Shown piece after piece: positions 26,601-38,852 of a DNA stretch of 64,000 nucleotides (the stretch's first letter is position 1; every line of letters begins with the position of its first letter). A program made the position numbers and the translations under genes. The DNA comes from Yuukianura sp. NJ FZ-2021 (lineage: Eukaryota), in assembly GCA_046563655.1 (NCBI GenBank), contig CM102285.1, positions 1,116,001-1,180,000 on the forward strand. Reading direction: 5' to 3'. Under the pieces are notes generated by a model that worked only from the letters and a program-made list of their open reading frames with translations, made no database searches and was not told the origin of the DNA.

Positions 26601-28640
26601 GCAATGTCTGATCTGGTACGGTCTCATGCTAAAGCGGTTGCTAATGGCGCGGGAGTTTGCGAGGTTTGAAATGTAGACGTTCCAAAAATATTTAGTTCCC
26701 ATGCCTGTAATGTTAACAATATCAATATTTTGGGATTTTTTATTACTAAATATTTATTGATTTTCCCATCCCCTTAAATGTTAACTAACTAAATATTTTG
26801 AGGTTTTCGATGAAAAATATTTAATATTTAAATATTTCGCCGTTTTTAGTAAATATTTTTGGCATGTCTAGAAATAACGAGCTTCGTCGTCTGCGTTTTT
26901 ACAAGGTTTCATTGTTGTCTGAAGTAGAAATGGTTTGAATTCGGTTGTTTACTGCTGAAATACTTGGAAACAGAAGTCTAAACAGCACGTGTCTGTGCTA
27001 ATTAATGTTGTTGATGTTAGTTTTAGACATAATATAGAGTATTTATAGAGATCGTGGGAGTACTGGATATGTAAGTTTCTGTGAAAGTGTCAATGTCAGA
27101 AAACGAGTCAAGGGGAAGGAAGATCATGTGTTGGCCAAGAGAAAAGTAATGATGGGGGACATGTCAAAAAAACTTTCATTTCGTTTCTCCATGCTCTGCA
27201 ACATCCACATCCACCTCCTCTTCGTCTGCTCTTCTAAATTCAAACATCTTAAACACATCTAAAACGACAAGCGACAACCAATTCAGAGGCATAAAATTAA
27301 AACTACGCCACCAAAAGACTTAAAAATATGCCAAAATCCTCTCTGTCCAAAACTCAACAAGATGATTCAATCCTTCCAAAAGTACCTAAAGGTATTCTCA
27401 CAAGAATCTACTCAACTGAATGGGAGCGTGTTGAGGACACAATTTTTTGTAACTCTCAGTTTCTCTGCGCGTGTAATTTTATAGTTCCAGAAATTTCCGA
27501 CTTCATTCTAAAAACTTGGCTTATGAGCGTCCAGAAAAATTTCAAAGGTTTGACAACAGCCGCTGAAATCTCGGACGCAGAAAAAGTGTTTCCCAATTAC
27601 TATGCTTGCATCAAATATCTGCGAATCTAAAAAATCTTTTTCGCAACAAATTCTTCAAACTGCGAAATTTTAATCGTTACCTATATTGTTAAGAGGTTTT
27701 TTGGTTTTAGCTAGAATAGACATTAGCCAATTTTTAACCAAAATTTTTAAACAATTGCAACGTTACGTGGAGTAAAAACCGCTTTCATCCCGACTTTAAG
27801 CACAGTTCACACAACACTTTGATTCCATGCAGTTTGAATATTTCCGAATTGAAAATACTGTGTAACTAACACTAGTGTCCTCTGAAAATTAGTTCTATTG
27901 TTAGTATTACATATAGTACATATAGTACTGTGGTTCGGCTTACTTGTTAGTAGTTTTCTGTCTAGTAATGTTCTTATACTATTGTCTCAAGCAACGTTAA
28001 GTGGAATTTAGAAATCAAATTAAAATTGAATGCCAAAATTGGGATTTGGGTTCAAACTAAATTCAAAAACAAAATCGGGATCAAAATCTCGAAAATTCTC
28101 GGCCAGACAGGGAACGCCAGACAGGGAATGACCAAAAAGTAAAAAGGCTAAAAAGTGAAAAGATGAAAAAGTGAAATGGCGAAAATAAGAAAAGGCCAGA
28201 AAGTCAAAGGACTAGAATTAGGAGAGGAAAAAAGGTTTTCAATGGGTAACTCGGATTTTCTTCATTTTTCTTTACAAATACCTTTGACCCCTTGACCATG
28301 AATATATATATATATATTGTTTTCGAATTTATAGAATATTTCGCTTATATTTTATATAAGCAAAACATAGGCACAACATAGGCAAAACATAGCCAAAACA
28401 GGCAAAACATAGGCACAACATAGGCAAAACATAGCCAAAACCAGGGTTCGAAGGCTGTAACTTACGTCCTGTAACTTACGTACGCAAGTTACGTAATTTT
28501 CAGAAGGGTTGTAATTTTCATTCTTTTGAATTTTACGCGGGAGGGAGACAGCGTAGGAGTCAGAGGAGCGGGAGAAGTCCAAAATAACAATTTAAACAAA
28601 CAATAAGAGCAGTGATTTAGATGATTATTTTTTCGGTTTT

Positions 28641-29766
28641 TTCTCGAGCAGACTGCTCGAGAAATACCAGGATATTCTTCGAGCAGTCTGCTCGAGAAAT
28701 ACCGTGATAATTCTCGAGCAGTCTGCTCGAGAAATACCAGGATATTCTTCGAGCAGTCTGCTCGAGAAATACCAGGATAATTCTCGAGCAGTCTGCTCGA
28801 GAAATACCAGGATATTCTTCGAGCAGTCTGCTCGAGAAATACCAGGATAACTCTGGAGCAGTCTGCTCGAGAAATACCAGGATATTCTTCGAGCAGTCTG
28901 CTCGAGAAATACCAGGATAATTCTCGAGCAGTCTGCTCGAGAAATACCAGGATATTCTTCGAGCAGTCTGCTCGAGAAATACCAGGATAATTCTCGAGCA
29001 GTCTGCTCGAGAAATACCAGGATATTCTTCGAGCAGTCTGCTCGAGAAATACCAGGATAATTCTGGAGCAGTCTGCTGGAGAAATACCAGGATATTCTTC
29101 GAGCAGTCTGCTCGAGAAATACCAGGATAATTCTGGAGCAGTCTGCTCGAGAAATACCAGGATATTCTTCGAGCAGTCTGCTCGAGAAATACCAGGATAA
29201 TTCTGGAGCAGTCTGCTCGAGAAATACCAGGATATTCTTCGAGCAGTCTGCTCGAGAAATACCAGGATAATTCTCGAGCAGTCTGCTCGAGAAATACCAG
29301 GATATTCTTCGAGCAGTCTGCTCGAGAAATACTAGGATAATTCTCGAGCAGTCTGCTCGAGAAATACCAGGATAATTCTCGAGCAGTCTGCTCGTGAAAT
29401 ACCAGGATAATTCTCGAGCACTCTGCTCGAGAAATACCAGGATATTCTTCGAGCAGTCTGCTCGAGAAATACCAGGATAATTCTCGAGCAGTTTGCTCGA
29501 GAAATACCAGGATATTCTTCGAGCAGTCTGCTCGAGAAATACCAGGATAATTCTCGAGCAGTCTGCTCGAGAAATACCAGGATATTCTTCGAGCAGTCTG
29601 CTCGAGAAATACCAGGATAATTCTCGAGCAGTCTGCTCGAGAAATACCAGGATATTCTTCGAGCAGTCTGCTCGAGAAATACCAGGATATTCTTCGAGCA
29701 GTCTGCTCGAGAAATACCAGGATAATTCTCGAGCAGTCTGCTCGAGAAATACCAGGATATTCTTCG
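28641..29766. repeat. 35-bp palindromic tandem satellite, ~32 units, mostly a 70-bp dimeric higher-order repeat
   Basis: Core (tt)ctcgagcag-t-ctgctcgag(aa) plus ataccag, followed alternately by gatattcttc or gataattctc. Confidence 0.95.
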
Positions 29767-29805
29767 TAGCTTTTCTTTCTGTTGTTTTAACTGGCTGTTA
29801 TTGAA

Positions 29806-30030
29806 ATGCCACGAGTCAGAGATCCGATTTGGAACGATTTTGACCTTGAACCAAACCCGGGCAGTAAGATCCCCTAGGCAAATTGTAAGTTGTGTGATTG
29901 GAGACATGCAGGAATCCCGGACAGGATGAAATCACACTTACAGAAACATCAAAACGTTGGCAAAGACTCCGAATCAATTTTGGCCAAGTACGTCATGTTC
30001 ACTTTAATATTTTCAGAGTCTAATTGTTGA
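29806..30030 (+). pseudogene. hAT transposase N-terminal BED zinc-finger remnant with an in-frame stop
   Basis: MPRVRDPIWNDFDLEPNPGSKIP*ANCKLCDWRHAGIPDRMKSHLQKH fits the BED pattern W..F...CxxC...HL..H; no catalytic domain follows. Confidence 0.75.
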
Positions 30031-31644
30031 GAGCGATGCGAGCCTGAGGAAGAGTTAGATGTGATGGCAGTAGAATAATAAGTGTTATGTTTCTCGAACT
30101 ATTTGTGTTAATTGCGTTAAGTGTGTTAGTTTAGTCTTAAAAATAAAATAGTAGTAAATATTGTCTACCGCAGTATATTTCTATCAGGCCTTGGTTTGAT
30201 TTTTAACGCAATTAGATAGTAGATATTAATAGTTTATGGTTTGGGGATGGGAGTGGGGTGCGGGCGGCTTGTTTTGAAAATTACAATCTTACGTAGATTA
30301 CGTAGTTACGGTAATTACGTAATTACGTAGTTTTCGGCAAAAATACCATAATTTTCGAACCCTGGCCAAAACATAGCCAAAACATAGGCAAAACATAGGC
30401 AAAACATAGGCAAAACATAGGCAAAACATAGGCAAAACATAGGCACAACATAGGCAAAACATAGGCAAAACATAGGCAAAACATAGGTACAACATAGACG
30501 CAACATAATCTAACCAACATAGACATTTTTTCCTAGTTCTGATCTTTTCACTTTCTGGTCTTTTCTTATTTTGGCCATTTCACTTTTTGGTCTATTCACG
30601 TTTTGGCCTTTTTTAATTTTTGGTCATTTCCTTTCTGGCTTTTTCGAATTTTGGCCTTTTCACTTTTTAGCCATTTCAATTCTAATCTGTTCACTTTTTG
30701 GCCAATTCACTTCTGTCCATTTCACCTCTGACCATTTCACTTTCGGCGAAATTGTTTTGGCCAAATTACATGGAATCCTAGGTCACTAATCATAATCTTG
30801 AAACCGCACAGTGTTTACAGTGCGAGAATTCTGCCTCTATTCTTGGAACTAAGTCCCGGGAAAGAATTAAACGAAATTGATACTACCTTTATAATAGGGT
30901 TATAGTCAATTTTCATTAACCGTTAACATATTCAGTTCTGTTCTGTTTATTAATTTCATTTTTTTTATTTCTAATCACACAGTTAGTTGAAGCGCTTTAT
31001 AACCGCAATAAAAAAACAACGAACGGAATCCTTGAGAAATCTTCTGGATGAACAGTCGAAGCATATGGCGGACCATTTTTAGCGCTTATGGTAGGTTAAG
31101 TTATGTTTATCATGTTTATGTTTTTTTCCAAGTTTTGAACCTGAAATGCTTTCGTTAGCTTACGAACCTAATGACAATTTACAAATTTGGTCTACTTACG
31201 AATTGACCGTGCTTTTCACGAATCTGAACTGACGATTAATTAACCTGGAACTGGGCGGATGTTGCTAAATGAGCACTTTATTCCGGTCATAAATTGAACC
31301 TCTTTCAATTTCCTGTCGTCAAAAATTAGCACATTATAAATCCCATTGTTTTCCATCCTAATTCCATAGTTGAGTAGATCAAGATGAGATTCTGTTGGGA
31401 AATGTGGAAAAGCAACCTACGCCTGCCAAGGGGAGTTGAGCATCTTGGAGATTCCTTCCTCTTCAACCCCTCAAACTTTCTTTTGAATCCCGCAAACTTG
31501 AAAAGTGTAACCCTGAAAAAAGAAGATACGACACTCCTTTGAGTAAAGACATCGTGGAATTTTCAATGTTCTAATGTGACGATGTAACCAAAAAAATTAC
31601 CGAGATCAGAGCCCAAATGAGATTCACATTAGTTTCGAAACGAC

Positions 31645-31651
31645 TATAAAA
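31645..31651 (+). promoter_or_regulatory. TATA box of copy 1 (conserved ctataaaagtcac also near 35835 and 40229)
   Basis: TATAAAAG is conserved ~115-135 bp upstream of the ATG in all three copies and is followed by a conserved gcacagtctcc. Confidence 0.65.
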
Positions 31652-31766
31652 GTCACAACGTCTAAATACTTCCAAGCACAGTCTCCAGAAAGTAGCCAAC
31701 ATTGTATCTCACAACGAAGAATACTCAATTTTAAACTTTTCAAAGCAAATCAAAAACTTTAACAAA

Positions 31767-32986
31767 ATGGTAAAGTTTCAAAATTTTTCTGTAAAAGTCT
31801 CAACCTTCACTTCTGCAGCATATCATTTTACCCAATTTGTTTTCGAAGATTTCACAAAAATTTTAATTGTTTCAACGTTTTTCCCGATTTATTTCTCAGA
31901 AAAGTGAAACTTTTTAAAAAGTCTCTGAATTCAGTATTTAAAACGGAAACCTTCTCCACGTTTCCAGCTCTAATAAAAAATATTTTAAAGTGGGTTCTGC
32001 CGGTTGTAAACTTTGGAAGCTTTAAAAAAATGTATCAAAATGAGAAAATACTTAAAATTTTTTTTGCATTGTTGGATTAGCACTCTTCTCAAGAAAACAT
32101 CGATGAAGGACACCACGTCACTTTGTTCCCAACGCGCCTGCGTGAATTTGACGAAAAGAACAACCTTGTTTTTCATCATTACCTCAGCGCCAAGGAAGAG
32201 CTGCGACGCAACTCAGACACACCCTCTTTTGGTGACCAGTATACACGCAGGCTGTCCTTTCATGAAGACCGCATCGACGGAGATGACGAAGTCTTCAACG
32301 GTAAAACACAGCAATTAATTACTTTTCATGAACTACTCAATTACATATTTATTTATATATTTATTTATGCATGTGTTTAAAATGTTTCACACGAGTAGCC
32401 ATGAATAAGATCTTCCGTCGTTCATCCATTGTGGACCCGAATGTCCCAAAAGTGCGGAAGGAAGTTCTGGAAACGCGTTTGATCCCAATCATTTTTGCAA
32501 AGTTGGGCCAGGAGTACGACACTGAAGAGCTACGCAAGTGGATCAAAGGACAAGACAGACACGGTTAGTTACTTTTATTATTTAATATATTATACAAAAT
32601 ATACATAATTAAATTTAGAGCTACTGGCATTATGAAATATGTCGTAACTCAGAAGAGTGGCAGATATTTGTAACCTTGCCCTCTGTCACTCTTCTCCTCG
32701 ACGGAGGGTGCTGATTGCTAAATCGGCAAACAAACATTACTCAAAACTTTTTTTTAAATTCTAAAAACATAAACCATTTTTCATGTTTTAAAAATTTGCG
32801 TTGGATTTCTTAGGTACTGGAGTTGTGGACTTTGATGGTTACCAGCGCATTTGTGTCCACTTTGTCAAGGACCCAGAAGCCATTGAGCGAGCGAAAACAC
32901 AGGAATTTTCATTTGAGAATCTCGTCAGTCGTTCTCAGTCGGACGAAGACGTTTCTAAGAACGAGTCAGAAGAATGTTCACAGTAA
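31767..32986 (+). CDS. Truncated troponin C/calmodulin-derived EF-hand protein, copy 1 (exons 31767-31769, 32081-32300, 32399-32563, 32814-32986; 186 aa)
   Basis: AMNKIF..LETRLIPIIFAKLGQEYDTEELRKWIKGQDRHGTGVVDFDGYQRICVHFVKDPEAIE resembles the arthropod TnC N-lobe and linker. Introns fall after the ATG, in phase 1 before helix A, and in phase 1 in the DxxG/G loop, as in calmodulin-family genes. Confidence 0.8.
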
Positions 32987-35950
32987 ATTCCGCGCAGTGA
33001 GGAGTCGCACGGAAGGACTAAATTCTGAAAACTAAATTTTCAAATTTTTTTGCCATCTCATTTTTTGTAACTTTTAGTTTTGGAGGTAACGTTGTATCGC
33101 ACTACCTTCCACTTTCCCTCGCACCCCAAATGTCACCAAGTACCTTCTATATAATATTAATCACATACTGGTAATCTCGTCTCAAAACTCGAAATAAAAT
33201 TAAAAGTCTTCACTACCAACTTCTAAAAGTCATTTCAAACTTGAATTTCAAAATGATCAAAATGAAGAATTAATGCAGAAATTCTGGAGCCATGAAATTA
33301 TGAAATTCCAACTCACCCCGAACCTATTTTCAAAATTAAATGCAGGAAAAGCTACATAAACTTATTTGGATGTGACAATAGACGATTTTCGGGCGGTTTA
33401 TTTCAAGATATTTGAAAAGATTGTAAAAATTATCATGAGGGAATTTGGAGTGCCATGCCAAAATGAGTCAAATTGCTTGGGTGACATAGCGACCGCAATG
33501 ATTTCCGCTTATGATGTGCTAACTTGCTGCCAAAATTAGCAGCACATGGCACATTAACCGACAGTTTTGCACTGGTTTGAAACAAAGTCGAAAAACAAAT
33601 GATCGCCTCAAGGCTTTCACTTCCACGTGAAATCACTCAACGCAAATTTACTCAAGAGCGTGGATGCAAATGGCGCGAAAACATGTCTGCTATGTCACGT
33701 ATATTCAACTCAATAGAATTAGAATTACATATATTGAATGAATATATTGCTAAAAAAGAGAATTTTTTGAGTTTTGAAATCAACAAGTTCACGTGCTACG
33801 TTCTTACAAGTTTTCATAGTTGTTTGAAGTAGAAATACTATTTATACGTTTTAAATGTATAGATAGTAATTTCTACAACAAAGTTTCTATTGGTTGTTTA
33901 CTGTTGAAGTACTTGGAAACAGTATGTCTAAACAGCATGTGTCTGTGATAATTAATGTTTTTGACGTAGGTTGATGAGACATAATAGAAAGTATTTATAG
34001 AGAAATGTGGGAGTTACTTGGATATTTTAGTCCTGTGAAAGTGTCAATGTCAGAAACCGAGTCAAGGGGAAGATCACGTGTTGGACAAGCAAAAAAGTAA
34101 TGAGGAGGGACACTTCAAAAAACTTTCACTCCGTTTCTACATGCTCCACGCTCTGCAACATTCACATCCCTCGTCTGCTCTTCTAAACTTTAAAAAACCT
34201 AAACCAGAAGAGACAACCAATTCAGAGGCATAAAATTCAAACTACGCCGCCAAAACACATAAAAATCCACCGAAATCTTCTCTGTCCAAAACAACCATTT
34301 GATATAATCTTCCCAAGTGTACTAAAGGTATTCTCACATAAATCTATTCAATTGAAGGGAGGCGTGCTGAGGACACAAACAATTCTATTGAAACACTTTT
34401 AGTTTCTCGAGCGCGTGCAACTTCATAGCTCAAAAATTTAGTTTAAATTTAGTTTCAATCCAGAAATGTTTGTGAGCGTCAAGAAAGATGTTGAGGCTTA
34501 GACAACAGCCGCTTACGCTTTCTGCTGTCAATTGTACAAAAAAACAAAAGTGTTTACCGATCACTATACTCTGAGACATCTGGATTCTGCGAATTTAGAA
34601 AATCTTTTTGGAAGAAAATTTTTGCAACAAAAGTACAAAGTTCTCGAATTTTCTGTCGAAATGTTGATTTCAAACTGAGATTTCAAGCAGTGAAGTGGAA
34701 AACAAATGATCAGAAATGCGTATAATAATCCCCACACATGCATGGCTGCCATGAATTCCTGTAAACAAAGGAAGTCCTTCACCAGTTTTCGGAATGAACA
34801 GCGCAAACATATGGCTGATCTTGCAATAGTTAATTTTTTTCCCTCTGTGCAGTTGCTGATTCGATTTTCGATGTGTCACCCCTCCCCTACACACGTCGTA
34901 GGTTGAAGTAAACTAAACTCAGACTTCACGTCCACTTATTGTGCTTCATATCATGCAAAATTTTCTAGAAAAATTTCAGGCGTTTTGAAATTTGGTGGCA
35001 TAATACTCTAGATTTCCACCTAAAATTTGTAGCGATTTAAACGAGTTTGGAAATTTTCTTGAGTTGTACTCAAAACTTCCACCTTGTAACGTTTTGAAAT
35101 TTAAATAACTTCGCTTCTATGTCGTCTCGAGTGTGCCAAATTAATTTCTATTTAGTTGAAAAATATGTGAAAAAAAAAACAATATTTCAAATAAAATAAA
35201 ATAGGAATAAATAAGGATATTTGTGCCTTTAGAAAATGTAAAATAAATATTTGTGAAGAACGTCTTGATTTCCGGGTACATGTATAACCGACCGACTCAC
35301 TTCAACCTCTGACGTTTCTAGGGGTGACGCGTTAAAAATGAAATCAACAATTCAACAACTGCACACGGAAGAAAAATGAACAATAGGTGGGCACAAACAT
35401 GGAACTTGCTGGGTAACTTGGTAACCAGGAAATTTTGGGCGAAAATGTTCTTTATTTTCGAGTTATTGCCTAACCTGTTAAAGAAAAACTATTTCTTTGT
35501 GCATCCAGTGGAATCCTCTGTCCTCGTTAATTAGCAGAATTCTAATCCCCTTGTTTTCCAAATTCCGTAGTTAACAGATGATGATGAGATTGTAATGAGA
35601 AATGTGGTGGAAAAGCGACATACGCCTGCCAAGGGGAGTTGAGCATCTCCCAAATCCCTGTCTGTCTAATCCCACAAACTTTCTCTTTGAAAAGTGTAAC
35701 CCAAGGCAACACGGCCGTCTGTTAGGGTAAAGACGACATTGAATTCTAACCAAATGTTGCCCTGTGTTGACGGAACCAAACAAAGAACAAAGATCAGAGC
35801 CCAAATAAGATTCACATCCGTTTCAAAAACCACACTATAAAAGTCACGACGCCGCAATATTTCCAAGCACAGTCTCCAGGATCAACACTATATAAAACAA
35901 CGAATCATACTCAACCGTACACTTTTTAAAAACACAAAAACTTTAACAAA

Positions 35951-37230
35951 ATGGTAAAGTATAAAAAAAGTTTTAAAATTTTCCTTTAATAATTTCCCAG
36001 TTAAACTTCTGCAGCTTAAGAATTTATCCCATTTTTTTGAATTCACAAAAAATTTACATTCTGAAAGTCTTTCTTAATCTAATTCTCCGAAAACTTTTTT
36101 TTCTTTTCAAGAGTCTCGATTCTCGAAATTTAGTAATTATTAGCAACAGTATCAAAATCTTGTACAATTTTCCAGTTCTAAAAACATTTTAAATTGAATT
36201 CTGTAAATTGCAAAGTTTTGAGACTTTTGAAAATAAAACTGTTAAAATGAGAAAATACTTAAAAATTTTTTCTGTATTTTTGGATTCTCAGTCTTCACAA
36301 GAAAGCCTCCACGAAGAGCACCATGCTACTTTGTTCCCAACGCGCCTGCGTGAATTTGACGAAAAGAACAACCTCATTTTTCAGCATTACCTCAGCGCCA
36401 AGGATGAGCTGCGACACAACTCAGACACACCGTCTTCTGGTGACCAGTATCCCCGCAGGCTGTCCTTGCACGAAGACCTTATCGACGGAGATGACCAAGT
36501 CTTTAACGGTAACAACAGCAATTAATTACTTTTCATGAATTATGTAATTAAACATTTATTTATATATAATTTTGTATATGTTTAAAATGTTTTAGCCGTG
36601 CGGAATATCTTCCGTCGTTCATCCATTGTGGACCCGAATGTCCCAAAAGTGCGAAAGGAAGTTCTGGAAACGCGTTTGATCCCAATCATTTTTGCAAAGT
36701 TGGGCCAGGAGTACGACACTGAAGAGCTACGCAAGTGGATCAACGGGCAAGACAAACACGGTTAGCTATTTTATTATTTATAGTATAGCATTTTATATAT
36801 AATACACATAATATGTAATTCCATTTACTCCAAATATCAGAATACTGGCATATATTACATAATTTATATTTTAAACATAAATTCAAATATACATAGTAAT
36901 TAAATTTTGAGCTGCTGGCCACACCGCCAGCAAACGTTACTCGAGAACTTTTTAAAAAATCCAAAAAGCTATAACATTTTGCATCTCTTAAAAATTGGTA
37001 TTTTTTAAATTTTTAAAAAATTTTTAGGTACTGGAGTTGTGGACTTTGATGGCTACCAGCGGATTTGTGTCCATTTTATCAAGAACCCAGTAGCCATTGA
37101 GCGAGCGAAAACACAAGAGTTTTTATTTGAGAATCTCGTGAGTCGCTCTCAGTCGGACGAAAACGTTTCTAAGTCAGCAGAATGTTCACAGGAAGAAAGT
37201 CCGCGCAGTGAGGAATTACGGAACGACTAA
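35951..37230 (+). CDS. Truncated troponin C-derived protein, copy 2 (exons 35951-35953, 36292-36508, 36596-36760, 37028-37230)
   Basis: Paralogue of copy 1 with an intact frame; the exon 2 acceptor is shifted by one codon (ttag replaced by ttctcag). Confidence 0.78.
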
Positions 37231-38371
37231 ATTCTGAATTCAAAATTTTTAATTTTCAAATTTTCCCGCCATCTCATTTTTTGTACCTGTCAGTTTTCGA
37301 GGTAAAGTTGTACAACCTTACACTTTCCCTTTCACCCAAGTGTCACCACGTACCTTCTACATATTTATCAATTTATGTGTATTCTCGTCTCTAGACTCAA
37401 AATAAAATAAAATTAAAAGTCTTCACTGCACCATTTGCTAAACGGCATGCGTCCTCATGTCAAACTTTAATTTCAAAATGATCTGCATAAGATTTAATGG
37501 AGAAATTCTGGAACCACGAAATTATGAGATTCCAACTAACCCCGAACATAACTGTAAAATTAAATGCAAAAACTTAAACTCATTTAGAGGTGATAATAGA
37601 CCCTTTTCGGACGGTTTGTTTTAAAATATTTTAAAAAATTGTAAAGATTATTATGGGGAGGGAATTTGAAGTACAATGCCAAAATGAGTCAAATTGCTCG
37701 AGTAACATAGTGACTGCGTCTTTTCTCAATGATTTCCCCACATCATGTGCTAACTTGCTGCCTGAAATCCCAGACCCGCCATGGAACTATGAACCGAAAC
37801 CGCTGTGGTGTGTGAGTAGAGCCGACATGGGCAGTTTGATGTTTAAACAAATTTTTTAATGATTTTAAACATCACTGTATGCGGAGTGAATTTGGAAAGC
37901 AATGTCAACATTAGTATAAATTCTGAAAATGACAATATGCAGATGCTTGTCTGCGTCATTTTGGTAATGATTTCCCCAAATGATGTGCTAACTTACTGCC
38001 AAAACTGGCAGCACATGGCACATTAACCGACAGTTTTGCACTGGCTTAGAACAAAGTCGAAAAACTAATGATCGCCTCAAGGCTTTCACCTCCACGTGAA
38101 ATCACTCAATCAAGGGCGTGGATGAAATTGGCGCGAAAACAGGCCTGCTAATGTCGCGTCTATTCAACTCAATTAAATAGAATTATATTGAATGAATATG
38201 CTGCTAAAAGCGAAAGAAGTTTAGGGGTTTGAAATCGACAAGTTCACGGGCTGCCTTCTTACAAATTTTCACTGTTAGTTTGAACTAGGAATACTATTTA
38301 TACATTTAAATGTATAGATAGTATTTCTACTTCAACAGTAAACAACAAATTGGTTGTTTACTGTTGAAGTA

Positions 38372-38597
38372 CAGTGCTGTTCAGCGAAAAGTAGACACCA
38401 ACGAACTCAAAAGTTTCTTTATTCTCAAAATTGTAAGGGGTGATGAGTACCAAAAATTCAAAAAGAAACTCTGCTCAATATAAATTCGATTAAACGTATT
38501 TTGTTTTTTGGCCTCAATCTCCCCCCAGAAATCACGCATCTAAAAAAAGCGTCACGAAAACGATTTTGGGGTGGCTACTTTTCGCTGAACAACACTG
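38372..38597. mobile_element. Tc1/mariner-type MITE (family B)
   Basis: TIR cagtgctgttcagcgaaaagtag / ctacttttcgctgaacaacactg flanked by TA on both sides. Confidence 0.82.
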
Positions 38598-38602
38598 TAC
38601 AT

Positions 38603-38852
38603 CAAGGTTGCTATAGCAACCGATTGTATTTGCTGCAAGAGGTTGTCCAGTACCTCAATACTTTAAATTTTTGGAAGAAAACAATTTTTCCCTCAAATTT
38701 TCCTACATTTCCTATTAAATTACATACAAATCATTACCATAGAAAGGCACGGCGATGCAAGTTTTGCAAATTATGTGAGAAAATTAAAAACGTCGAGTTA
38801 CTGGACAACCTGGTGTAGAATAAACAATTTGTTTGCTTGTTTACCCACCTTG
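38603..38852. mobile_element. hAT-type MITE family A, copy 4
   Basis: caaggt...accttg with perfect 8-bp TSD ctgtacat. Confidence 0.88.

Larger units (their letters stand above)
28442..30364 (+). mobile_element. Defective (internally deleted) hAT DNA transposon, 1923 bp
   Basis: TIR CAGGGTTCGAA...TTCGAACCCTG, perfect 8-bp TSD gccaaaac, clustered subterminal TTACG/CGTAA motifs at both ends, BED-finger remnant inside. Confidence 0.9.
28360..30500. repeat. 11-bp minisatellite (caaaacatagg)n split by the hAT insertion (parts ~28360-28441 and ~30365-30500)
   Basis: The same repeat is present on both sides of the insertion and supplies the duplicated target gccaaaac. Confidence 0.88.
28100..30780. 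mobile_element. Outer foldback-like element with long arms of ~15-bp subrepeats, enclosing an 11-bp minisatellite and the hAT element
   Basis: aaaagtgaaatggcgaaaataagaaaaggccagaaagtc..gaattagga (~28165-28222) is the inverse of tcctagttct..ctttctggtcttttcttattttggccatttcacttttt (~30531-30588). Outer ends are approximate. Confidence 0.6.

Noticed and set aside
28641-29766. CRISPR array (regularly spaced palindromic repeats)
   Set aside because: There are no unique spacers, the units are contiguous, no cas genes are present and the context is eukaryotic; it is a tandem satellite.
29332-30526. ORFs of 63-191 aa in the track
   Set aside because: They are translations of the 35-bp and 11-bp repeats.
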